From NCBI GenBank assembly GCA_040285745.1, contig JAUFOR010000002.1, positions 1,550,001 to 1,614,000 on the forward strand: a DNA stretch of 64,000 nucleotides, written 5' to 3'. Under the pieces are notes generated by a model. That model saw nothing but the letters and a program-made list of their open reading frames with translations, did no database searches and was not told the origin of the DNA. Origin of the DNA: Barthelona sp. PCE (lineage: Eukaryota). A program made the translations under genes and the position numbers. Positions 1 to 10,700 of the stretch are shown piece after piece (the stretch's first letter is position 1; each line of letters begins with the position of its first letter).

Positions 1-1
1 G

Positions 2-1735
2 CCAGAAATCTTAAGCATTACTGACTTTGATGAGTATGATTTGGTCTTCTTCATAACAGTTGGAAAGATGATCTTTCGTTGGGCAAATGTTTTCATGAAG
101 GGACTGATAAAGAATCTAAACCTTACAGTTCTTATATTTGTTTACTATTCATTTTGCAAAATTTTTGAGTTTAACATTGTTCCTGATTTGGGCACTATTC
201 TTGTTTTCATCTTGTTTAATACTGATTTTCCTAAGAACAATCATCGTTTTGAGCTGAGTAATATGTCAGCTATGGTAAATTTTGAGTTTTTAAATGACAA
301 ACTGTATAATGGTATCAGTGGTAGGGTTTTAAAATTTGTCTTAGGTATACTGCTTTTTAAGTGCATGAAAGACAGTGATCCAACTATTTTCAGACGAACG
401 GTAAGTTCAAACATGGCTAAGCGCAATTATTTACAGATAATGAATCACAAAAACTTTATTAAAACTAAGTTTACAAACAGTTACATGAAGAAAATCATCG
501 CTGCCGTGGAGAAAAATGTTAAAAATAAGAAGCTTACTGTTGAACTAATACCAAAGTGGATGTATGAATGGGAGAAAATGGAGTTCAAAGAAATTCAGCG
601 TTATGAATCACCGTGTTGCGACACTTTGAGCTTTTACAATGTGTATTACAATACATTTCATTTGCATTACAAACGATATCTTAATATCCCCAGTGATATT
701 AATAGCAGATGCTTCTGTTTCCATTGTATTAAAAAGAGCAACTCATATATTGCACATAGAGAAGTTTTAAATGTTTTCCAAGGCATTTTCTCTACTGAGA
801 AACTAGTATCACTCCTTACTGCCAGTGTATCAAAATCGAAACCAAACAAATCTAAAAAGATGGGTAAGAAACTGTCATCAGGAACGTGCGAAAGCTGTTC
901 CCAGTTCACACCTGAACAGCCTGAATTGAGAAATATCACAACCCAGTTTCCAAAGCGGAAGCAAGTCTCCTTGTCTATTGTCACTGCAACAATTGTCAGC
1001 TCTGTTGAATCAATCCTGATATCAAAAGAGCTGACAGATCGAGACGTATATGCGCCAATTTCAATTATACTGTCTTCAGATGAGTCTCATCAACGACGTC
1101 TTGCCTCCTTTTGTTACAACCAATACAGCCTGGCTGCACAGTTAGGATTGACTGTTGTTCATCCGGATGAGCAGCTTCTCAACTCTGTCACTTGTGATTC
1201 AAAACTACAGTTGAATCTTATAATGCTCTTCTTTTTTGGTCCTTATTATGCGTTTCCCATGCTCGTTGACCGTGATAACCTGCGGGAAACACTAAACAAA
1301 CACAAGCTCTTCACTTTGGCCGATGCAATTGACGAACTAACAGTTTCCCAATTGATTACTTTTGATTTTTGTGATTTAAATGCCCTAAATGTAGGAATAC
1401 CCGTGGTGGAGCTTTTGAATAGGATCACGAAAACATATTACAGTATGTTTGATGTTGACATTACACCTTTAGATTTCTGTGTTGGAACAATAGAAAGAGA
1501 AGAAATGAGCCTGAGACAAGCCTATCCTGAGATGCACGTTGCTTATTCCATTCTCATGCCGCGTTTTTTACTGTTACGCATTTCGATGAGTAATGCTGAA
1601 TCTTTTGAGGAAAATTTTGCATATGATGATGTTTTATCTTTGCTTTATCAAGAACTGGTTGCAAACACCGCTTTTGAACGCAAGTTTCCTATTTCGTATG
1701 CTAAAAGCAAACCTCTGAAATATTCAGCTAAATAG
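2..1735 (+). CDS. Hypothetical protein, 5' partial (frame open from the window edge)
   Basis: 564-aa ORF whose frame has no stop back to position 2. Cys/His cluster (PCCD...CFCFHC). AATAAA near 1768. Confidence 0.7.
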   Translation, partial: PEILSITDFDEYDLVFFITVGKMIFRWANVFMKGLIKNLNLTVLIFVYYSFCKIFEFNIVPDLGTILVFILFNTDFPKNNHRFELSNMSAMVNFEFLNDKLYNGISGRVLKFVLGILLFKCMKDSDPTIFRRTVSSNMAKRNYLQIMNHKNFIKTKFTNSYMKKIIAAVEKNVKNKKLTVELIPKWMYEWEKMEFKEIQRYESPCCDTLSFYNVYYNTFHLHYKRYLNIPSDINSRCFCFHCIKKSNSYIAHREVLNVFQGIFSTEKLVSLLTASVSKSKPNKSKKMGKKLSSGTCESCSQFTPEQPELRNITTQFPKRKQVSLSIVTATIVSSVESILISKELTDRDVYAPISIILSSDESHQRRLASFCYNQYSLAAQLGLTVVHPDEQLLNSVTCDSKLQLNLIMLFFFGPYYAFPMLVDRDNLRETLNKHKLFTLADAIDELTVSQLITFDFCDLNALNVGIPVVELLNRITKTYYSMFDVDITPLDFCVGTIEREEMSLRQAYPEMHVAYSILMPRFLLLRISMSNAESFEENFAYDDVLSLLYQELVANTAFERKFPISYAKSKPLKYSAK

Positions 1736-1996
1736 TTACTTTTTGTTCCATCTTGTTGATAATTTACAATAAACAATAAATTGTGTCATATTTAGACCTT
1801 CTAAAAAGAATTTAAAGTGCTGCTGCAATATAGAAGAAGATACTCGAAATTTCAGCTCATGACCATAACTTTAAGGATTCTATTTTGGACTAAAAACATT
1901 AAAACTACACCATGTTTTCAAGATTCATGCAAAAATAGTAAACTGATCTTTGATACTTGATTTTCACTTTTCATAACCTTTTCTAATAATTGAGCG

Positions 1997-2626
1997 ATGT
2001 TAAGCTTGGGTAGGTACGTATACAGAAAGATAATTCAGCAGGAACAACGCAATGTAGCTCTATTTGGTCTTAGTAGCGGAGGAAAAACCAGTTTGCTGAA
2101 TTATCTCAGCAATATTGCAGGAAACGATCGTAGACAGAGGTTGGTGCCCACAGTAGGCGTTAATTTGATGAAACTAAAGTTTCCTAGCGTTGAGGTTAGT
2201 GTTTATGATTTGGGCGGTGGTTCTGCTGCTGTTGACAGATGGCATAACTATTATGATCGCATCCATGGCATTTTCTATGTCGTTGATAGCTCAGAATGCA
2301 TTGAAAACAGCATGAAAATTTTTGATGAACTCCGTACAAGTGAGCGATTGCGTGATGTTTTTATTGCTCTTTGTTTCAACAAAAAGGATCGTGCAGAGAC
2401 CATTTCGTGCTATGAGATGGTCATTGAGAAGTATCTTGAAGACCCTCGTCTTGAGATTTTTGAAACATGCACCCTACCACCTTCAACAGTTACGCAATCC
2501 GTCAATGAGGAATTTCAACCTGGAGTTGGCGTTCGCGAAGCAGTGGAGTGGATGAACGAGTCTCTTGTTACAACATCAATCGGTCAATCTAGAAAGGAAG
2601 CTGTTGAACACACAATTAAACGCTAG
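1997..2626 (+). CDS. Arf-like small GTPase, ARFRP1-like
   Basis: P-loop GLSSGGKTS, PTVGVN switch I, DLGG, NKKD. N-terminus lacks Gly2 and the C-terminal GVREAVEWM resembles ARFRP1. Confidence 0.8.
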   Translation: MLSLGRYVYRKIIQQEQRNVALFGLSSGGKTSLLNYLSNIAGNDRRQRLVPTVGVNLMKLKFPSVEVSVYDLGGGSAAVDRWHNYYDRIHGIFYVVDSSECIENSMKIFDELRTSERLRDVFIALCFNKKDRAETISCYEMVIEKYLEDPRLEIFETCTLPPSTVTQSVNEEFQPGVGVREAVEWMNESLVTTSIGQSRKEAVEHTIKR

Positions 2627-2627
2627 T

Positions 2628-4608
2628 TTATTGACTGAAATAATTAAGAATACATATACTGGAATCCTGTGACACTACAATAAGCTGCAATAGATCAGAA
2701 GACCACTTAATTGAGGTGACACCTTGGCAATGAGTCTGAAGTGATGCAGCAAGCTTCCTGTCAACAACATCAAAAACATATACCCATCCAGTGGCGTCAC
2801 CGACAGCAAGCAGGCGCTCACCTCCAACAGCCATACAAGTCAAATGCACCATTGATTTCTGACCGTTGATACCGTTGACATCAAATGAGAGCATCGGCTC
2901 CTCATACATGCTGTCCCAGAATGAGATCTTACCACCCAGATCACACGTAACGAGATGACGGTCACCAATGTTATTGAGCTGGTCCATAGCGCTGAATCCA
3001 TGCAAATTTTTCACATGAACACAATGCTGATTAGAACGAAGCCCCTTACGCATATCTAAGCTAATGATGCTCTTATCGTATGAGCATGCATGAATGTAAA
3101 GCTCTGTCTCTGTAGAGTCATTTGCGTTAATATGACGACCATCCATACCACGAGCACGCAACTTTCTCACTCTTTTTTCTTCGATAACGATACCGGTTGC
3201 AGCACTAGTAAATTCTGAGAATTGTCGTACAGGCTGTAGAGTCTTGGTAGACCATACTCGAACTGATCCATCTGCGCCACCAGTCGTGAGCAGATCACCA
3301 TCTGTACTTACATCAATTGAGCACACGCTCTCACGATGCGCGTTGGGGATATCCCACAGTAAGCGAAGATTGTCATCTTCATCTCTGAAGCAGCGAATGG
3401 AACCGTCTGAAAACCCAAACACATTGATGTTGCCAGCACGTGTTGAGCAAACTGGAACTACATTGGTTTCGAAACCAACAACGGACTTGACCGAATAATC
3501 GTCAAGAGACCACACACGAATTGTGTGATCATCTGAGCTTGTGACAAAGGAAGTGTTGTTCTCTGATATATCCAATGTCCTGATTGCACCAACGTGATTG
3601 TGTTTAACAGATTGCACAGCCATTGTGAGAGGATCAATGACGTATTGAAGACCGTCACCACTCACAACAACGACACTGACACCATCGTATACAGTACACA
3701 TTGTTGAAATAGTGTTTTCCAATTGGACTTGTGCGAGAGTCTCAAACTTGATATCGTAACCTTCAACAGTCATCATTTTACCATCACCTGCTGCCAACAC
3801 GAAACGTGAGTGGCCGAGCGGTACAACAGCTGTAACACCCAAGGATCCCACAGCAATGGAATGACGGAAAACAAGAGAAGTAGCACTGAAAACGCATATT
3901 TCTCCAGTTGTATTACCCAAGATAACATTACCGCCTTCATCACAAGTACCACAAATGTACTCACGCACAAGACCCTGAGATGGGAGTGTGCATACCTGAG
4001 AGTGAACGCGATGGCACAATTGAGAATTGTTATAAATGAGTTTGTGCAACACCGGGTTACTTCCATCAACTGTCCACAACCAGTACTCCGGGAATCTGGA
4101 TTGGCGGTTTGTTGCAGCCCAACAACCAACTGAAGATGGCTTCTCATGGTTGTACACCCCAATAATTGTAAGTGTATCAATTTCATAAACACAGAGTGAT
4201 CCATCTGAGCCTACACATGCAAGGAACTCACCATCATCTGAAAAGCTAACGTTCAATATTTTCTCACCCTGACTGTTCAACGTTCTGATGTGTTGAAATG
4301 AATAAAGATCAAATAATGATACTGAAGCTGCAGGCGTTCTGGGAAAGTCGGGAGAATAAGTTCCCACGGCAATTAATCTGTTTGAAACTGCAACTGTGCT
4401 AACTGGGTTCTCCAAAAATGGAAGTTTCTTTTGCTGATTCCTAAACGTTAGAGTCACTGTGCAACTCGTGCTATACATACAAATCTTGCAGATTATCGAA
4501 AATAACCGTTGATCCAAGCGGATATATGATAGTTGCAGAATCGTTTGGATGATGCATTAAGGATTTACGGAACGTAGCCGTGTTACCGATGATTCTTTCG
4601 ATTTCCAT
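2628..4608 (-). CDS. WD40 repeat flagellar protein, CFAP52/WDR16-like; exons 4608-4481 and 4440-2628
   Basis: Multiple WD repeats (TSSDDHTIRVW, TGGADGSVRVW). Splicing a 40-nt intron adds the N-terminus MEIERIIG...HPND..IIYPLGSTV, typical of the CFAP52 family. Confidence 0.8.
4441..4480 (-). other. Spliceosomal intron, 40 nt
   Basis: GTATGT...CTCTAACGTTTAG. Removal joins TT+G (Leu) and restores the frame. Confidence 0.9.
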
Positions 4609-4708
4609 TGCCCAACTGTACAAAAAAAAAAACCTGATAAGGAATAAGAAGCAATAACAGGAAAACCAAAAAAAAACTAAGCTATTTACATTAATGATAA
4701 TAAAAGAA

Positions 4709-7700
4709 TCAAACGAGTGACTCTAGCTTGTTGTTTGACATGTTTTTAAGCAGGTCATTCAACCTGCTTTTTAATACAGTCTTTTTTTGCTTGGAAGTGA
4801 TAATAAAAGCTTTAACAGCATCTTTACGAGAGCTAAAGTACGCTTTCCACAACCCATCGAATTCAAATGAATGACTACGATGTGTTATGAAGATCTTATA
4901 GGCACGAGTGAGAACAGAAGCAAATGTGTCTGAAAGGATAAACTCATCCTTATCGCTACGTTCGACTAGGGTGTATTTCGATGAAACAGACCGAAGCTCT
5001 GAAATAAGAGCTACGAGAGAATACGCTGCGATAGCGTTAATATTTGGAAAATTGGAATCGCTAACAACATCAATGCTTGGGAAACATAAATCTGAAACAC
5101 CAGATGCCAACTGTTTAAGGGAATGGAATATAAGGGTGTTTTTGACATCAATTTGAGGTAAATTATCTACTTTCTCTTCTTCAATGTTAGCCACAACATG
5201 ACTACGTGGTGTTCGATATGTGATCGATCCTGAATTGTACGGTACTCTGGAACCCATTGTATTGCGCAGTCGTGAAGATACTAGCGCTGCTGCTGATGCA
5301 CCAGTTTGTCCAGTTGTCTTGAGATTGAGCTTGGGTACTGGCAAAACGACAGTTTTATCTTTCTTGCTCCTCTTTTTCGTTGGCTTGTTTGTTCTGGCAT
5401 ACAGCAAACTGTGTAAAAATGCACGTGATGTCTGGTTTTGTTGACAGGTCTCGAAGAATAAGAGCATAAGAAAAGCCTCATCCATAACGGCAATGTCGAA
5501 TGGCATATCACTGTTAGTGATCTCCTTCTGCATCTTTCGACGTGACTTCTCTGCTGTAGCCATCGCTCGAGCCATCGGTGTGAGAGAGATTGTCTCTTTG
5601 ACTATACAATCAATAACAGGTGTACGAAGCAGCTGTAACAGTGCCTCATCCTCTTCTGTAAGTGGAGAAACATCCTTTCTTGGAGTTGGGGTCCTTGGCG
5701 TCTTCCTGTGAACAGGAGCCGGATCAGGTTCAGTATTCACCTCCAATGGGTTTATAGGACACACGTCCAACTTGATGGGAGGCAATGAAACATCGTTCTT
5801 GGACTTGTGAATAGACTTTAATGTGATACCACTTCCCGGTCGACCAACTCTAATTCTGCCTGAATGAATTGGTGAGATGTTTGGTGTGGGATCTACGGAT
5901 TTAAGTGCATTAACCAACATCATATCGTCTTCCATTGTGTCACTCCACTGTGTAGATACCGTCTCGGCATCAGAAGCGCCAACAACAGACTTCCAGTCAT
6001 CTTCGTCAGTTTCTGGGAGTAATGAATCTAGATCGATCGTTGTGGGTGTGTAATCAACTTTCTTGTCGATATAATTAAAAACACTACCCTGGTTCAAAGC
6101 ACCGTAGTCGATATCGGGCAACTCCACCGAGTCCAGATCGACAAAGTCTAACTCCGACTCATTGTCAGTTTCAGTTTCAGAATCCAAACCATGAAGTTGA
6201 ATTTCGTCAGCTTTAGGCACTCCAGTTCTGATTCGCTTGTTCTTTGGCGTTACACTCAGAAGCTCAACTGCCTTACGTGCAGCGACACCATTGCGGATAA
6301 CACGACCTAGCGCCTTAGGTGCACCTTTCGAAAACTGAACTGATTGGATCTCCAAAGGACGATCGGTTATTGGTTCTGGTTCTGGTTCTTGCTCGCGAAC
6401 AGATGCGGCTGACTCAACTCCACTTAGATGTGATATGAAATCAAGTTCGCTTTCGGATTCACTCAGTGCAACTGAAACGACGGGTGGTTTAGCAATGTCG
6501 ACTGTGATATTAGGAACAGTCGGACGCCAACGATGATCTCTTGACGCAGCCATACTATCAGTGAGCTTTTCATTGAGTACAACACTCTTTCCTGTATCCT
6601 CATCGTGGAATAAAATGGGCTCTTCCAATCTGGTCTCAGAACCGTCTGAGTCATAAGACAGCTTTTTTCGCCTGTCTCCTGGATCGCGCACATGTAGGGA
6701 ATGGTGCTTGGGCCGTGATTCACTGAATGGATGCAGTTTTGGCTGCTTGTTCGGCGATACGAAATTTTTGCTTATTGAATCTGTAAAAATCTCAACTTTC
6801 TTTCGGGTACGTCTGGATCGGGCATCCTGAACGCTCTCTGATGCACCAACATAACTTTTCTTCAGCGGTTCAACAACTTCTTTCTCAGCAATCTGTTCAT
6901 AATTGTACGGCGTTCCGTCATCGTAAACTAAATGCACCGGTGTATTATCCGATAACTCTCCATTAAACCCCATGATGAGGGCTGTACGCGGTGTGAGTGG
7001 TCTGGGCGACTCCACCTCGATAACGGGTTCTTGATTAGATGTAACATTAGTGAAAACGACAGGTGTTGTGATCAACTCATCTTCCTCGGTCTCTGAAGTA
7101 GTAGTTGAGAGTAATTCATTAACCATCTCAGTGTCTGACTCAGTCTGATGCTCTTGATAAAGATCGACATTTGCTGCTTGCGTTTCAGGGTCTGACATAT
7201 CATCAATTACATCGACAGGTATGCGTTCTAGCTCGCCGACAGAACACTCAGTGTCAGAGCGGTATGTGTCAAGATGATCGCTCTCAGAAATGATTGACAT
7301 TGACACCTCACTCAGCTGATCAAAGTCAAGTTGATGCATGACACTGGGGCGGCGGTTAACATCCATAGGTGCGTTCATGAAACTTGGGCGACGTTCTTTC
7401 CTTCTTGATTCTGTGATGCTGAACCTGCGATGGTGTGACACCGATGCAGGATCAAAAAACGAGGTTGTTAGGTCAACTGCGCCCTCCAAATCCTCTACAA
7501 TGTCATCATTCATACTAGCAGATTCGTTATCATAATTCGTTGACCTGACGTCACTCAACGAATGTTCTTCAGGTATAACATCAACGCGAGTTATATGCGT
7601 GTCAACTTGAAGCGCGATCAGGTCGTTATCGGACGCTATATATGATCCACGACGGTGACCAAACGCATGAACTTCAATTCCTTCAAGGTGCACAACAGGT

Positions 7701-10700
7701 TTTCTGTAGTCTTCCTCTGTGAACTTGTCAAGCTCACGGCGACGACGCTGTTCCAGCTCATGCTGCAACCGCTGACGAATAAGCATTCGCATGCGGACAG
7801 GGATGCTGCTGGACCACTGTTTACCTGTCAACGAAAGCGTCTCATCCGGTTCAAATTCGTTGCCAAACGAGTATACGTGGCCCTCGAGTACGGTCCCTGT
7901 CACGCTGTGTCTGCGCAAGTTGCCAGACTTGGTACCAAGGAAAAGATTCTTAAGCGCCGCCTCATTCTGCAGGGGAGTAACTGTAACATCACCTATTAAC
8001 TTACCTGGCAGTGCAAGAGACATGCGACGCTCTCTAGTCATCAGTGATGGCTGACCTGAGGCTAAATTGATACCCAGTTCAGCAAGTGACGCAACATGTT
8101 CATCAATTGCAACACTGACACTACTCTCTAGCATCTTTGACATCTTTGACAATGCTTTCTCCTCAACGGTCTTCTTCTTACCTCCAACGGCAGATGTAAC
8201 AAGTCCAAATAATCCTTCGTCCTCAGGCTCCTGTGATTTCTCCATCTGCATCTCGTAAGCAGCCATCATTTGCTGTAAAATGAGTTCCTCTGCATTTGCA
8301 AGGTTTTCTTCCTCCTCAATACGCTGTCTATTTGCTTGGGCAATAGTATCCAGCCGCTCGGAAGAGTTAAATAACTTCGCTTCTGTTTCTTCCTCCATAC
8401 GTTTAACCTGTTCAAAATATTCTGCAGCCTCCGCCTCCTTCCGTTTCTTCAACTCCTTCATATTGCGCAAACGCGCTTTGAGAGCCTTTGCAGCCAATTC
8501 CTCAGCACGATCATCGTTAAAAATGGCGTACAGTTCATCTTTCTTCCTCTTTTCCTCCACTATACGGTTGATCTCATCCTCTCTTGCCTTTGCTGCTTTT
8601 TCAGCACGCTCCATCCGCAAAAAGTCAGCGTTGTTACGCTTCTGTTGTTGTTCTCTCTCCAGTTCTTGCTTACGCCGTAAAGCTTGCTGTTTCTTACGAA
8701 TTTCTTCTTCAGCCACTGCCTTCTTGCGATCTAACTTCTTCTTAAAGTCATCTCTTATCTCTTGGGCGTATCCTGCCCATTCTTTCGTCTGCTCATCTCT
8801 CTCACGACGCTTCATTTCAGCAAGTTCATCAAAGTCAACGTCAGAGACTTCTTCTACACTTTCAAACTCTTTCAATTCGTCAACTTCACTAGTGAAAGAC
8901 TGTATAGGGGTACCCTCAAAATCTGTAGAACGGAACAAACTTGATCTTCGATTTTGGGTTTCACTCTCGAAAGAAGTAGAATGCTTGCGCATTATTTCTT
9001 CGGCAGAAGAAACCATATCACGATTTGATATACTCTTCCTTCTTGCAAAGTTCTTCTGGCGTCGTTCTCTCTGTCTATCCGCAACGCTCATCTTTCCTTT
9101 CCGCTTTCCATCATCATCCTCGTCTTCATGATCTTCATGCTCTTCAGATTCATGCGGAACATCAAATACGGAATCCGATAATGAATCAAGTGATTCAATT
9201 GAATCAAAACTGCCAATGTTCTGCTCCACAATATCCTCAGATTCTTCGTACAAACTACCTGCAGAATCGAATCTTTTCAGCAACATTGCCTTCTTCTTCT
9301 CACGTAGCACTCTTCGTCGCTCTTTAGCTTCTTCACTCAGTTCTGAAGCTTTAGACATCTCGTCGTTGTGAATCATCTCATTAACTGACATACCAACTAG
9401 TGCTACTCCACTACTGTTACGAGATATCACTGACAGCTCTGACTGTGAAACATCTAGCAACTCTGGCGTATGAGACTCGACATCTAAAACAAGGAACTCA
9501 TCGTTATTGTTCACATTCTTCAGTTGTGGCTGCTTGACTTTATCATTGGTACCAATACCAATACCAACGTCGGGAGTCCGGACGTTTGGTTGATTGGGAG
9601 TGGAAACATCCACATGCAAAGATGTTACAGAAACATCAGAGACATGAGAGACATGCTCTTCTCCTTCAACCTTATCCAAATCAAAGTGTTCGTCGAACTC
9701 TTTCTCATTGAGATTGAGGAACTTAACGATCGACTCTGGTGCCACCATTGGCTCATCGTCAGTAAGAATACCGTCTGTATCTGGCTCACTAAGACCCATA
9801 GAAAACTGAAGGATGTCACTGCGTTGTCTACTATCATATCCGCTAAATCCGTACATGAGTGGATCTGTCTGCTGTGGATCCTCAAGACTTTGCGGAGGAG
9901 GCCGAGCCAATAATTCAAATAAAGGGTTGCTTTCAGTCAGCTTCACCTGCTCATTGATTATCTTAAGAAGAGACTCACCATCATTCGTGTTACGGATAAT
10001 GCTCACGCGTTCGTCGAATGAAGATTGCGCCTGCTTGAAGAACTGCATCTCCTGATGTCGAGAATAAACATCCATATCAGCCATTAAAGCCATCTCTCTC
10101 TGTTGACTCTGTTCCTCCTCCTCAAGGGACCGCTCCTTCGCGATGATTTGATGCTGGTTGTCAATCATCCCAAGCAACTGACTCACGCCAGAGCTATCAA
10201 TTGAAATCTGTTCTTTGACTTTAGCGGATTTTGCCTTCTTCTTCCGTCTCTTCTTTCCAGATTTCAATCTTTTCTTTTTCATTTTCTCAGCTTCGATTAG
10301 CTTAATCTCATCTTGAGTCTTACGTTGCCATCGAACAACAGTAACAATACGAACGACAGTTTCGTTATCAATCTCATCTTCAACCTCCGTGTCGACCTCA
10401 AACTCAAAAAAGAAATCTGCCTGCGATGCTGGAGGGGGACGATAACGGATTATCTGCTGGTTCTCCTGTGATGGGTCTTCACCTTCATCGTCATAAGCAT
10501 CGAAATTAAATCCAACACCGAAATTGCGTATTATCCTCTTTAAATTCTTAGGTAAAGTAAAGTATGGGTTTTTCTTGCGGATCTGCTTCAGCTGTTTCTC
10601 TATCTTGAAGTTTAAAAATATGGAATCAAAAAATCGTTGTTTGTTCATCCAAATCTCTGTATTCTTCAATATAAGCTCACTAAATAACAACTTCTTCTGC

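Noticed and set aside
8280-9131. 283-aa antisense ORF and similar shadow ORFs within the PNP, RPL35, TEX9 and dynein genes
   Set aside because: These are Ser/Phe-rich mirror translations caused by the composition and codon bias of the real genes.
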